Shown here one piece after another: positions 37,614 to 50,752 of a stretch of 64,000 bases of DNA. This DNA is from Octopus bimaculoides (taxonomy: Eukaryota). The DNA lies in contig NC_068982.1 in NCBI RefSeq assembly GCF_001194135.2, positions 188,568,516-188,632,515 on the forward strand, in the 5' to 3' direction. The translations under genes were made by a program, and so were the position numbers. Every line of letters starts with the position of its first letter. Position 1 is the first letter of the stretch. Below the pieces are notes generated by a model. It was not told where the DNA came from, searched no databases, and worked only from the letters and a program-made list of their open reading frames with translations.

Positions 37614-39040
37614 TATCATCATCATCATCATCGTTTAACGTCCGCTTTCCATGCTAGCATGGGTTGGACGATTTAATTGAGGACTGGTGAAACCAGATGG
37701 CAACACCAGGCTCCAATCTGATTTGGCAGAGTTTCTACAGCTGGATGCCCTTCCTAACGCCAACCACTCAGAGAGAGTAGTGGGTGCTTTTACGTGTCAC
37801 CCGCACGAAGGCCAGTCAGGCAGTACTGGCAACGGCCACGCTCAAAATGGTGTATTTTNNNNNNNNNNNNNNNNNNNNNNNNNNNNNNNNNNNNNNNNNN
37901 NNNNNNNNNNNNNNNNNNNNNNNNNNNNNNNNNNNNNNNNNNNNNNNNNNNNNNNNNNNNNNNNNNNNNNNNNNNNNNNNNNNNNNNNNNNNNNNNNNNN
38001 NNNNNNNNNNNNNNNNNNNNNNNNNNNNNNNNNNNNNNNNNNNNNNNNNNNNNNNNNNNNNNNNNNNNNNNNNNNNNNNNNNNNNNNNNNNNNNNNNNNN
38101 NNNNNNNNNNNNNNNNNNNNNNNNNNNNNNNNNNNNNNNNNNNNNNNNNNNNNNNNNNNNNNNNNNNNNNNNNNNNNNNNNNNNNNNNNNNNNNNNNNNN
38201 NNNNNNNNNNNNNNNNNNNNNNNNNNNNNNNNNNNNNNNNNNNNNNNNNNNNNNNNNNNNNNNNNNNNNNNNNNNNNNNNNNNNNNNNNNNNNNNNNNNN
38301 NNNNNNNNNNNNNNNNNNNNNNNNNNNNNNNNNNNNNNNNNNNNNNNNNNNNNNNNNNNNNNNNNNNNNNNNNNNNNNNNNNNNNNNNNNNNNNNNNNNN
38401 NNNNNNNNNNNNNNNNNNNNNNNNNNNNNNNNNNNNNNNNNNNNNNNNNNNNNNNNNNNNNNNNNNNNNNNNNNNNNNNNNNNNNNNNNNNNNNNNNNNN
38501 NNNNNNNNNNNNNNNNNNNNNNNNNNNNNNNNNNNNNNNNNNNNNNNNNNNNNNNNNNNNNNNNNNNNNNNNNNNNNNNNNNNNNNNNNNNNNNNNNNNN
38601 NNNNNNNNNNNNNNNNNNNNNNNNNNNNNNNNNNNNNNNNNNNNNNNNNNNNNNNNNNNNNNNNNNNNNNNNNNNNNNNNNNNNNNNNNNNNNNNNNNNN
38701 TTATGTTCAGCTTTTCTCTCAAGATACTTACACTCTGTCGGGTATGCACACTGACAATAGACATCCAGCGGAGCATACTGGCTTCATTCCTTGCGAGCTT
38801 ACGCATGTCCTCAGCAGTCACAGCCCATGTTTCACTGCCATGTAGCATGGCTGTTCATACACATGTGTCATACAGTCTGCCTTTTACTCTGAGTGAGAGT
38901 CCCTTTGTCACCAGCAGAGGTAAGAGCTCTCTGAACTTTGCCCAGGCTATTCTTATTCTAGCAGCTACACTTTCAGCGCACCCACCCCCACTATTAACTT
39001 GGTCACCCTGATAGCGGAAGCTATCAACTACCTCTAGTTT
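37614..39040 (-). mobile_element. RTE-clade LINE fragment in opposite orientation (spans gap)
   Basis: MLHGSETWAVTAEDMRKLARNEASMLRWM on the minus strand; (CAT)n tail at 37614. Confidence 0.85.
37859..38700. other. Assembly gaps: 3718-3727, 4003-4012, 13863-14122, 14873-14882, 20887-21140, 23955-23964, 24606-25070, 37859-38700, 40060-40172
   Basis: N runs; most border microsatellites, hairpin elements or LINE copies. Confidence 1.
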
Positions 39041-40615
39041 TTCTCCTTGGAATGAGACAGAAGTTGTTTCCTGTTTGTTTACAGTATTTATTGCACCTGA
39101 ACATCAAAACAAAAAATAGTTAAAATATCTTTTTTAGTATATAATGGTGGCAAGTTTTACATCATCTGAAAGGTCATTAGTTGAACTATTAGTCCTCTTG
39201 CATTCTGGGAGCGTTTGAGTGACATTAGGCCTTAACAAGTGTCCATAAATTAAATGCATCTATCTGGGCCACGATCGTGGCCTGTTGCACTTTTTGTGTT
39301 AACTGTGTCTTAATGTAGATAATGTTTTAACATCCCCGCACCCTCCACCCCATGGTTTGCACTGGTAAATACCAAATATCTGCTGTTGAAACAACTGTCA
39401 AATTGTGAAATGTATGTGGGGGGGAGGGAGATTTTGCTGACACAGACTACCACTAGTTTTCTTATCATCATCATCATCATTAAATGTCTGTTTTCCCATG
39501 CTGGCATGGGTTGGATGGCTTGAGAGGAGTTGGCAACCTGAAGAGCTGTACCAGGCTCCCAGCCTTACCAGCTCCTGTCAAAGAATCCAACCCATGCCAG
39601 CACGGTAAACAGTCGCTAAATGATGAGGATTCTATGGCTGGGTGCCCTTCCTAACACCAACCACTTCAGAGCACAGGTACTTTTTATACGGCACCGGCAC
39701 CAGATACGACTGACCTAAAAGAGATGGGATGAAAGCAGAGAGGTTATGGAGCAAGGAGACAGAACATTGGAGACAGGACATGAATTGGAACTAAAGCAGT
39801 AGTAATTCCACAAGGCAAAGTGGCTGAGTTTCTTTTGAGCCAGCCATGTCATATTGAATCTCCCTGAGAACTACATTAAAAGTATACATGTAGGCGCAGG
39901 AGTGGTTGTGTGGTAAGAAGCTTGCTTACCAACCACATAGTCCTGGGTTCAGTCCCACCATGTGGCACCTTGGGCAAGTGTCTTCTATTATAGCCTCGGG
40001 CCGATGAAGGCCTTGTGAGTGGATTTGGTAGACAGAAACTGAAAGAAGCCTGTCGTATANNNNNNNNNNNNNNNNNNNNNNNNNNNNNNNNNNNNNNNNN
40101 NNNNNNNNNNNNNNNNNNNNNNNNNNNNNNNNNNNNNNNNNNNNNNNNNNNNNNNNNNNNNNNNNNNNNNNNATATATATGTGTGTGTGTGTGTGTGTGT
40201 GTTTGTTTTCCCCCCCAACATTACTTGGTGTGTTTACATCCCCGTAACTTAGTGGTTTGGCAAAAGATTCCCATAGAATAGGCCACTGAAACAAGTAGAA
40301 GGAAAAAAAAAAAGAATGTCTGTGGATCGCTCAGCCACTTGCACATTAAGTCCATGAACAGGCTGTTCTGTTGATCAGATCAACTGGAACTCCTCATAAC
40401 CAACGGAGAGCCAGTTAAGGATCAAATGAACAGATTAGAAATTGTTCAGGGAGCACCAGAACTAAGAAAAAACAAGGAAACACTACCTTGTGTGTTGTTG
40501 GATGGGATAGAAAGAAGAGAATTAGGAAAATGAAGTGGTTTATGTTGTAAGTAAAAAAAGATTTCATTTCATGAAGTTTACAATGTATATAGGTCATTTA
40601 TACCTATCTCTGATA

Positions 40616-40651
<36 letters not shown>

Positions 40652-41038
40652 AAGCAAGTCAGCACATTTCACTTTTGATCAGGATGAAAACAAACTAAAA
40701 ATAAAACCTCACACAAACTCACCGATTTAGCAGCAGAGACCAGTACAGGGGATGAGAAACAACCAGCTTAAGGAGAAGGGAAAGTGGGACAGCTGGTGTG
40801 TTGTGTATAAATTCATTGTATGTACTGTATACACCCTAATCAATTGCTGTCATAGATAAGTCAAACGATGACAACAACTGACAGGCTGAAGTAAGAGACA
40901 AATGAGAAAAAAAAAAAAAGAGAATGTTTTCTTTTTGTTTTTGCTTTTTAATTGCTTGTATAAACACAAGTATTGATTATTTTCGTTTGACCTTCATATT
41001 TTCTCAGGAAAGCTGGTGACGTGAATAGATTTACTTTT

Positions 41039-41685
41039 GTAGTAAAGATTGTTTGCCAACATAACATGGTAGTCCTGGTTTAGGACGAATGTTGCTGTAA
41101 TTTAGCCCCAGGAGACATCATCTCCAGCTGGCTATACAACACGATCTGTGTCCTTATATTTTCGAACAAAGATCGTGTTGTATAGCCAGCTGGAGACAAT
41201 GTCTCCTGGGGTTAAATTACAGCAACATTCATCCTAAACCAGGACTGCCATGTTATGTTGGCAAATAATCTCTACTCCAAAGTACTGTTGCTGAATATCT
41301 CACGTTGTGGGATTTAAAAATAGTAATTTTCTAATTTATAGATTAGTGACTAGTTGTCACTTTGAAAATTATATATTTTGAACAAGAATTTGTCAGCACC
41401 ACCTCTAGGCGAACAATTATTCTGTGTTGATGAAGGGAAATAACCCGGAAATCGAGATGCACAGATATTGTTTTTGAGCTGAGTGGGGTTACTAGATGCC
41501 CTTGTTCAAAAATATAAGGACACAGATCATGTCATATAGCCAGCTGGGGACGATGTCTCCTGGGGCTAAATTACAGCAACATTCGTCCTAAACTAGGACT
41601 GCCATGTTATGTTGGCAAATAATCTTTATTCCACAGTACTGTTGCTGAATATCTCTCATTGTGAGATTTGCAAATAGTAGTTTTC
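41039..41685. mobile_element. Family B element: inverted 5' piece plus ~1.5 tandem copies of a ~353-bp monomer
   Basis: 12-bp TSD agatttactttt (41027-41038, 41686-41697). agatcgtg... at ~41170 recurs at ~41523. Confidence 0.85.
41421..41465 (+). ncRNA. Family B hammerhead-like motif (degenerate copy)
   Basis: TCTGTG-TTGATGA-A-GGG-aaataa-CCC-G-GAA-ATCGAGAT-G-CACAGA. Other copies supply C3 (CTGATGA) and the A at the cleavage site. Confidence 0.5.
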
Positions 41686-41776
41686 AGATTTACTTTTATT
41701 TGTTCAGAATGGAGAGCTTTAGGGTTTTATAATATTTTAAACATTCAGTTAACAACAAAAGTTATCTTTTACAGAA

Positions 41777-41810
<34 letters not shown>

Positions 41811-42019
41811 GGAATTTTACAGGTTATTCGTGTGAAGTATTTTGTAGGGGAAAAACTGAATGACAATGAGGAATGAGTGATTAAAACAGACAAGCAGGTA
41901 TCATCATTGCTTTAATGTCCACTTTTCCTTGCTAGCATGGGTTGGATGGTTTGACAGGAGCTGCTTTGGCATAGTTTCTAGAGCTGGATGCCATTCCTAA
42001 CACCAACCGCTTTACACAG

Positions 42020-42365
42020 TGTACAGGGTAGGGGGGGGCTCTGAAAGGGGTCTCAGGGAGTAGCATCCCTGCCCTCCTGAGCTAGATTCCCACCACATTT
42101 CTTAAAAATCGTGGCAAAGGCCTTGGTCTCAGGACCACCCATGTCTAGAAACTGAGACTGGGGGTAAGCAAGGGCATGCTCCCTGTAGAAAATCCAGCTC
42201 CAAAAATGCCTCATGATAGCAAAGGAGAGTGGGCACCAGCCAACTCAAAGGTTGGGGTGGGCTGCACCTGCCAACCTTGGTTGCTATGGCGTTGAGGTAG
42301 ATCCAGCCATCCCCACCCCCGTTAACAGGGACAAAACCTGGATTTAAAACACTTGATGATGACGA
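42020..42365 (+). mobile_element. GC-rich 3' end of a second, divergent RTE-like family
   Basis: ggggtaagcaagggcatgctccctgtagaaaa parallels the main family motif and ends in (gat)n. Confidence 0.45.
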
Positions 42366-45274
42366 CAGGATGTTTATATATGTTATACTTCAGGTTGGTC
42401 ATTCCTTTCTTTTTTTTTTCTTGTCAAATAAACACACGCATAACATATTCGTTCTTTACTTCAGATTTATTACTATTCCATGTCCTTTGTCTGGAAATCT
42501 TTCATCACACATCCTGTGACCTCTTCAGCAGCTCTCCATCCCATGTATCTCCCCTTGTTCTGTTTAGTTCATTCTATCTATCATGCAGTTCAAGATGCAA
42601 TTTATTGATGAACCACAATCTGTTTCAAGTAATGAAATGGTTTGTGCTGTACATTAAGTTCACACCTGCCATCAAACTGACATCGCTTCCATGGGTCAAA
42701 GTGATCACAGAGCAACAGAACACAACACACCACTCAGTACAGGAATTGAAACCTCAATGTCATGATTACGAATGCAACAGCCCAGTGTATGTGTGTGTGT
42801 ACACACACAGACACAATGGGCTTCTTTCAGTTTCCATCCACCAAATCCACTCAAGACTTTGGGTGGCCCTGGCCTTTTACTAGGCAGTGGAATTGAACTT
42901 GAGACCATTGGGAAGTAAACACAGTCATTCATTGCCTGCAGACATGGCTGTGTGGTTGATTAACAGAACAACACTGAGGAAACCTTTGTACATTGATTCA
43001 GCCTGCTAGAAAAAAATACCAAACCTGCCTCTCGTCTTACCCTACTGATTTAAAACAGCAAAAACAAAAAATTAAAAAACAGGAAAATGTAGTCTTAGAG
43101 ACATTACAAGACTATATGATTGAAGCAAGGGAGTCGTAAGCAGGTTGGTATCAAAAGAGTTAAGATCTTAAGGGTAATCTTTCTATCCAACTTAATGCAG
43201 ATGTTTTAATCAATTTCTGACTTGGATAACATGTTATCATCATCATTTAAAGTTGGTTTTCCTTGTTGGCATGGGTTGGATGGTTTGACAGGAGCTGGTT
43301 AGGCCAGGGCCCACACCAGATTCCAATTGTCTGCTTTGACAGGTTTCTATGGCTGCATGTCCTTAATGCCAGCGTCTTTACAGAGTGTACTGGGTACCTT
43401 TTCACATGGCACCAGCACAGGGGCTCTTTTATGTGATGCCAGCACAGTTGTTTTCCTGCATGGCACTATCATAGGTGCTATCTCATGCGACACCGATGTG
43501 GATGTTGTCTCATGTGGCATGGACACAGGTGCAATTTTATGCGGCGCCGACAGGTGCTATTCTACATGGTGCCAACACTGGTGCCATTCTACATGGCACT
43601 GACATGGGTGCCTTTTACCTGGTGCCAGCACAAGATCAATGATGACAAGGAGGATTATTATTTCTATAGCTAAAATCCCTTCCTACTGCAACAGACTCAA
43701 CTGGAGAGGGGTCCCGTTGTTAATTAAGCAGACTGAGTCTGTCAGAGTTATGTATTTCAGGACACACTGGTGTTAGCAGTAGGGTTTCAAATCATATGTC
43801 CAGCAGTCCAGTAATCTCACTGCAATCATGCATTGTATCAATAATCTATAAAGGTGGTTCTATAAACAATAACTTCAAAACTTTGGTTATGATAACAGAC
43901 TTGCTAATAAGCAATCAATTAAGAAAACCTAAGCCGAGACTAATCAGGTGAGGACAAAAATCACAGGTGAGAGAGAAAGTAAATAATGATGCTTGGGAAA
44001 GTTTTTAAAGTTTATCCAGCAAGTGTCTGATCTTTTACTTGTCGCAGTCATTAGACGGTGGCCATGCTGGGGCACTGCCTTGAAGAATTTAGTAGAAAGA
44101 ATCACACACACACACCACCCCCGTACTTTTTTTATTATTATTTTTAGAGCCTGGCACTTATTCTACCAGTTTCTTTTGCTGAATCGCTATGCTATCAGGG
44201 ACAGACATACCAATACACCAATACCAGTTGTCAAGCAGTGTGGGTGGGGGTCTTCCCCACCCCACACACATATACATATATAGATATATACAACCGGCTT
44301 CCTTCAGTTTCTGTCTACCAAATCTACTCATCAGGCTTTGGTTGGCCAGAGGCTATAGAAGACGGCACTTGCCGAAGGTGCCTTGCAGTGCCGCCTGACT
44401 GGCTCTCATGCTGGTGGCACGTAAAAAGCACCCACTACACTCTCAGAGTGGTTGGCGTAAGGAAGGGCATCCAGTTGTAGAAACATTGTCAGATCAGACT
44501 GGAGCCTGATGTGGCCTTCTGGCTTGCCAGTCCCCAGTCAAACCATCCAACCCATGCCAGCATGGAAAACAGATGGTAAATGATGATGATGATGATGATA
44601 GAAAATAGAGCCTGGTGTGGCCCCCAGCCGTACCAGCTCCTGTCAAACTGTCCAATCCATGCCAGCATGGAAAACAGACATCAAATGCTGATGATGATAG
44701 GTAGGGCTGCATGGTTAAAAAAGCCTGCTGCTCTTGATCATGTGGTCCTAGGTTCAATCCTATACTGCAGCACCTTGGAATAAAGGTCTTCTACAGCCCC
44801 AAGCCATCATCATCATTTAGCATTTATATCCCGTGCTGGCATGGGTTAGACAGTTTGACTGTAACTGGTATGCTGGTACCAGGTGTTTTTTACGTGTTGC
44901 CAGCACAGGTGCCCTCCATGAGCCACCAGCACGAGCGCCCTCCGCGGGCCACCAGCACAGGCACTCTCTACGTGTCACCAGCAGTGGTCACAACTATGAT
45001 TTTACTTGACACATCTTCTCAAGCACACCAAATCACCAAAAATCTAAGCATTTCCAGTTTTCCCTAAAAAAACATGTCTGGCTATTGCTTTGTTTGGAAA
45101 TGTGAGGGTTGGTGACAGGAATGGCATCCAACCATAGAATATTTGTCTCAACAAATTCAATATAAAAAAATCCTGTCAAAGATCTAGGTTTGCCCTATAC
45201 TCACATGGGTCTGGCCTAAATCTTGGACAAAATTCTCTGTATTGCTATATTCAGATCTTTTCTGTTGCTGTCAC

Positions 45275-45600
45275 ATCATCGTTTACCATCTGTTTTCCAT
45301 GCTGGCATGGGTTGGACGGTTTGACTGGAGACTGGCAAGCTAGGAGGCCACACCAGGCTTCAATCTGATTTGGCAGTGTTTCTACAGCTGGATGCCCTTC
45401 CTAATGCCAACCACTCTGAGAGTGTAGTGGGTGCTTTTTATGTGCCACCGGCACAGGGAGCCAGTCAGGCGGATCTGGCAGCAACCCATGCATGAATGGT
45501 GCTTATTGCGTGCCACCAGCACTGGCAACAGCAACAACTACAATTTCCATTTGATTTGATTTACGTGACTCAATAAGTCTCCTCAAGCACGGCATGTCAC
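45275..45600 (-). mobile_element. RTE 3' tail; representative of many short copies (also ~1145-1330, 9510-9750, 11395-11560, 16215-16360, 19790-20040, 20750-20886, 22185-22460, 26850-27130, 29330-29535, 39470-39720, 43240-43640, 44390-45020, 47750-48060, 61160-61400, 61925-62215)
   Basis: Shared (cat)n-gtttaacgtccgttttccatgctggcatgggttgg...ctggatgcccttcctaatgccaaccac motif. Coordinates approximate. Confidence 0.8.
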
Positions 45601-46131
45601 ACATTTTGAAATTTTCAAATTAAGTGAAAATTTTCAAATTTGGTACATTGATGTAATTTTTCACATTCAATCCAATTTTGTGAATCATTTATTTTGGAAA
45701 AAATTTAGAAAAATGTTAGAGAGATTTAAAGTTTGATCATTTTTACCCAATCAGAAAACAAGATTTGAAAGTTGGCATTTTCTGCGTGATTACTGTCTAT
45801 CACAAAATAGTAAAAATGTTACAACAATGTTGAAACAAAGTGAAAGCAAAACATTACACCAAAAGTTGTAAGAAATTTTAATGTATAAAATGAAATAAAT
45901 ATTTTAAAAAGGGAAAAAAAAAATTGTCAAATTTCTTTGCAAAAAATTACAAAAAACGGTATATTAGGGTTAGAGTTTGACTCCTCATGAAAGAAAATAC
46001 AACACCAATGTGTCTGTGGTTTTTGGTTGGCTAAAATAATCCAAAATGTGCAGACTTTAAAAGCTATTAACTTTTTATTTTCAATTTATGGCATAAATGA
46101 TTTTCATTTTCATAATTAGTTTACAAAACTA

Positions 46132-47395
46132 TTGGGTTGGCAACTAAGTTCCCACTTAAATTCTGGAATTTATTGTGTTTTTAAATTTTGGAATCTATTT
46201 TTTTCGAGAATTCTATTTTTAAATCATTTTGGAATCTTTTTTTTTTTTTCCTAGTTAATTTTAGTTTATTTTCAGATCATTAAAATGAAATGTCAAGTTA
46301 AGAAAAACGAGCATTTTTTGCTTTTTATCAAGGTTCTAAGGCCTCAAAGCTGCTCGCGCCATTTGTGCTGTGTATGGAGAGGGTGCCATAGCTGAAAGAA
46401 CCACTCGTTATCGGTATGCCAAGTTCAAAAATGGAAATTTTGACCTCAAAGACTGACCTCGTTCCAGCCATCCAGTTGAGTTCGATGAAGAGCGATTAAA
46501 CCAACTTTTGCACAAAATTTCTCGTCAAATGACAAGGGAACTGGCAGAGAAAATGGAATGCTCGCACACTGCTATAGAGAAGCATCTTCAATCGATGGGA
46601 AAGGTTCAGAAGTATGGAGCATGGGTTCCGCATGCTTTAAGTGACAACAACAAAAATCAACGAGCCACAATCTCCGCTGGTTTGCTTCCTCGTCACTGCT
46701 CAACTCATGGACACAAAGAGCAATTTCTTTACCGAATCGTTACTGGCAACGAAAAATGGTGCCTATACATCAATATGAACCAATGTAAGGAATGGCTTAG
46801 CCCTGGTAAACAAGCGACACCGCGCGTGAAACAAGATCTTCATCCGCGTAAAACGATGTTGTGCGTATGGTGGGACTGTGAAGGGATTATCCATTATGAA
46901 TTGCTTGAACAGAACCAAACGGTCAACGCGGAACTCTATGTTCAATAGATGGAACGTCTCAACACGGCTATTCAAGAGAAAAGGCCTAATCGGCAGCATG
47001 AAGTTTTTCTGCTGTACGACAACGCCCGCCCTCATATCATCAATATGACCAAAGAAGCCATTCAAACGCATGGCTGGGAAGTGCTGCCACACCCGCCGTA
47101 CTCTCCTAATTTGGCACCAATGGATTTTCACCTCTTTCGATCTCTTTCAAATGCTATGCACGGAGTTTCGTTCAATACTGATGCAGAATTGAGAGCTTGG
47201 TTGGATCAATTTCTCAAGTCAAAATCGGGTGATTTCTACCAACGAGGTACTGAAAATCTTGTTGAACGTTGGGAAGAAGTCGTAAACAACAAAGGTGAAT
47301 ACATTATTGATTAATTGTTTGTTATTTTTTATTAAACCTTTTGAAAAAATTTCAATAAAAAAAAAAAAACCGTGTGAATGTAGTTGCCAACCCAA
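46132..47395 (+). mobile_element. Full-length decayed mariner (DD34D) DNA transposon
   Basis: TA duplications (46130-31, 47396-97), inverted ends TTGGGTTGGCAACTA / TAGTTGCCAACCCAA, 1,264 bp, internal transposase. Confidence 0.95.
46285..47314 (+). pseudogene. Mariner transposase pseudogene
   Basis: WVPHAL, VTGNEKW (first catalytic D changed to N), YDNARPH and YSPNLAPMDF motifs. N-terminal frameshift, an in-frame TGA after FDLKD, and TAG at 46946-46948. Confidence 0.93.
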
Positions 47396-47605
47396 TAAAT
47401 GGGTAAATTAAACTTGAAAATGACTGGAACAGAATTGGAAAAAAACAGAAAACTGCGACAGCAACAGAAAAGATTCCTATATTCTAACAACAGGTGATAG
47501 CATTTTACCAACATCAGATTGGTCCTCTATCACATGCACTAACTATTGCAGTTGTTGACATGCAGTTGCATCTTCTGTTGCAGAAAATGAAGTAAATACT
47601 CTTAC

Positions 47606-47704
47606 CTTTTGAACAAAGTAAAACTTTCCTAGGATGTGTGCATCATTTTCATTAGATTCCAACAGAGTGATGTGGATATAAACATTGTGTAGCTCGCATA
47701 AAAT
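47606..47704 (-). CDS. TBC1D15: TBC1D15 coding exon 2 (ILCELHNVYIHITLLESNENDAHILGKFYFVQK)
   Basis: Acceptor ttccatttgtag, donor gtaaga, 99 nt. Resembles human IIYEQEGVYIH...GILRVLEK. Confidence 0.85.
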
Positions 47705-48855
47705 CTACAAATGGAAAATAGAAGAAAACTGATTTTAAATGAAATCAAGACCATCATCATCATTTAACGTCTGCCTTCCATGCTGGCATGGGTGGGATGG
47801 TTTCACAAGAGCCAGCCAGGCAGAAGCCTGCACCAGACTTCTGTGATTGTTTTGGCAGGGCTTTTACAGCTGGATGCCCTTCCTAACACCAACCACTCAG
47901 CAGAGTGGACTTAGTGCTTTTTATATGGCACAAGCACAGGTGAGGTCAGCTTTGGTGAGGTTTTTACATCTGGATGCCCTTCCAAACACAAACCATTTTA
48001 CAGTGTAGACTGGGTGCCTTTTAAGTGGCACCTGCACTGACTGGGTTACCAAGTACCTTGTAAGGTAAAAAAGAAAACTCTTTTGAGAGGGGAGGGGGCA
48101 TTGGAGGAGGTGCTTTTCTGTCGGATGATGAAAGATTATAGAGAGACAGAGTGACAGAAACAGGTGTCTTGCTGTAGAGGAGGTATAAGGTTATTTGGCC
48201 GGAGAGAGAGAGAGAGAGAGAAGTTTTATGAATGTTCATTTAATAAAATATGAAATAAAAGCTGTTGATGACAATAACTTTGCTGTAGTTATTAATGATG
48301 ATCCTGAATGAACAAATGGACCTCATTTCTTATATATACATCCAGCAAAATCAATAGGAGATGAACAGATATAGTTCGATATTTGAACTGAATGAAATCA
48401 ATAAGAAATGTACAGCATGATGAAGCAAGCATTTAACAGAATCAATACAGAGTCTTATCTTGAACCGTTAGTTACTCTTGTATTTATTAAAAAGGGCCAA
48501 ATGGCACAACAGTGCCTTAGGAATAAGGGGCATAATCTACTCTGGGGTTCTGATATGGTGGATGTTGTAAGACAAGTCATGTCCTGAATTGTTCTGTTCA
48601 TGCAGGTTTTGTCAACAGAAAAGAAAATAAAAGACCTCAAAGCATTCAATATTGTGTACCCATAATGTGCTTAAAGCAATTACTTTTGAAATCCCTGAAG
48701 TTTGAGGCCCTGTAATACAACAATTTTGATCTCCCTAAGATTAAAAAAAAATACACTCCAGAATTGTCAGACATGCTTCAATTTTTCTAAAATTGAATAA
48801 AATAAATAAAATAATGATGAATAAACACATGCACATGAAGAACAAAATTAATGTA

Positions 48856-49808
48856 CCTTGAGAGACAAGTTGGACCTAAGAAACATCAGTTGTGGTGTGC
48901 AAGAGAGACGATTGCGCTGGTATGGTCATATGGCGAGAATGGATGAGGATAGCTGTGTGAAAAAGTGCCACACCCTCGCGGTTGAGGGAACCTGTGGAAG
49001 AGGTAGACGCAGGAAGATCTGGGATGAGGTGGTGAAGCACGACCTTTGAACATTGGGCCTCACCAAGGCAATGACTAGTGACTGAGACCTTTGGAGATAT
49101 GGTGTGCTTGAGAAGACCCGGCAAGCCAAGTGAGACCATAATCCAAGGCCTCTGCCAGGGGTGTAGCCAGCCCACTTATGCGTACCTTCCCTTCATTGGA
49201 CACTAAACCCTGTTTGTGAAGACCTGTTGAGGCAAGTGAAATCGATCCACATTTGACGACTAGCACCCATACCAACCTCTCCTTTCATTGGACACTAAAC
49301 TTGGCCTGCAAAGACCTGTTGGGGCAAGTGAAATTGAAATCGTAATTGAACCAAATTTGATGACTGGCACCTGTGCCAGTGGAGCACTAAGAGCACCATC
49401 CGAGAGTGATCATTGCCAGAGCAGCTGTCTGGTTTCCACGCCAGTGGCACGTAAATAGTACCATTTGAGCGTGATCGTTACCAGCGTTGCCTTACTGGCA
49501 CGTGAAAAGTCATTCAAGCGAGGTCGTTGCCAGTGCTGCTGAACTGGCTCCTATGCAGGTGGCATGTAAAAAACACCATTTTGAGCGTAGCCGTTGTCAG
49601 TATCACCTGACAGGCCTTCGTGCCGGTGGCACGTAAAAGCACCCACTACACTCTCGGAGGGGTTGGCGTTAGAAAGGGCATCCAGCTGTAGAAACTCTGC
49701 CAAATCAGATTGGAGCCTGGTGTAGCCATCTGGTTTGCCAGTCCTCAGTCAAATTGTCCAACCCATGCCAGCATGGAAAGCGGACGTTAAACGATGATGA
49801 TGATGATG
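48856..49808 (+). mobile_element. RTE LINE 3' fragment
   Basis: CGVQERRLRWYGHMARMDEDSCVKKCHTLAVEGTCGRGR, then 3' UTR and (GAT)n. Confidence 0.88.
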
Positions 49809-49849
49809 AACATAATATACATAAAATGTCAAATGTCTGCTGCATAACG

Positions 49850-50752
49850 TTTGGCTCATCATCATCATGCTGGCATGGGATGGATGGTTTCACTGAAAAC
49901 TAGTAAGCCATGGTCTGCACCAGGTTCCAATGCAAACTGGCAATGCTTCTACAATTGGATGCCCTTCCTAACGCCAACCACTCCGAGAGTGCAGTGGGTG
50001 CTTTTTATGTGTCGCTGGCATGGTTGCCAATAACCTGACACCAGCATCAGCCATTACTACGGTCTCACTTGGCTTGGCAGGTCAACATAAGCATGGTTTA
50101 TTGCCAAGGGTCTTGGTAACCGGTCACTGTCTTCACGAGACCCAACACTTGAATGGTGCTTTTTACGTGGCACAGGTGAGAGTCACAACTACAATTTCAC
50201 TCGGTTCAACAGGTCTTCGCAAGCACAGCATATCACCCAATGGCTGGTCTTTTCCCATCATTTTCATATATGTGTGTACACACACACACATATTATTTAT
50301 ATTATATATATATATATATATATATCGAAACTGAACCAAATTTGATGGCTGGCACCCATGCCAGTGGAGCACTAACAGCACCATCCGAGTGGGATCACTG
50401 CCAGAGCAGCGATCTCGCTTCTGTGCTGGTGGAACATAAAAAGCACCATTTGAGCGCCATCGTTTCCAGCTTCGCCTTACTGGCACTTGTGCCGGTGGCA
50501 TGTGAACAAAACATTGGACTGACGCCTGTGCAGGTGGCACGTAAAAAACACCATTTGAGCGTGGCCGTTGCCAGTACCGCTGGACCGGCCCTCGTGCCGG
50601 TGGCACATAATAAGCACCCACTAGACACTCAGAGTGGTTGGTGTTAGGAAGGGCATCCAGCTGTAGAAACTGCCAAATCAGATTGGAGCCTGGTGTAGCC
50701 ATCTAGTTCACCAGTCTCCAGGCATGGAAAGTGGACGTTAAATGATGATGAT
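49850..50752. mobile_element. Cluster of RTE 3' UTR pieces (minus pieces, then a plus piece)
   Basis: Minus-strand tail fragments at ~49850-50240, (TA)n, then a plus-strand 3' UTR at ~50330-50752. Confidence 0.75.

Noticed and set aside
37687-39011. Long ORFs of 350-405 aa in the track (also 13748-14182, 20833-21180, 24560-25144, 39926-40294)
   Set aside because: They are runs of X across N gaps. The only real coding parts are RTE ORF2 remnants.
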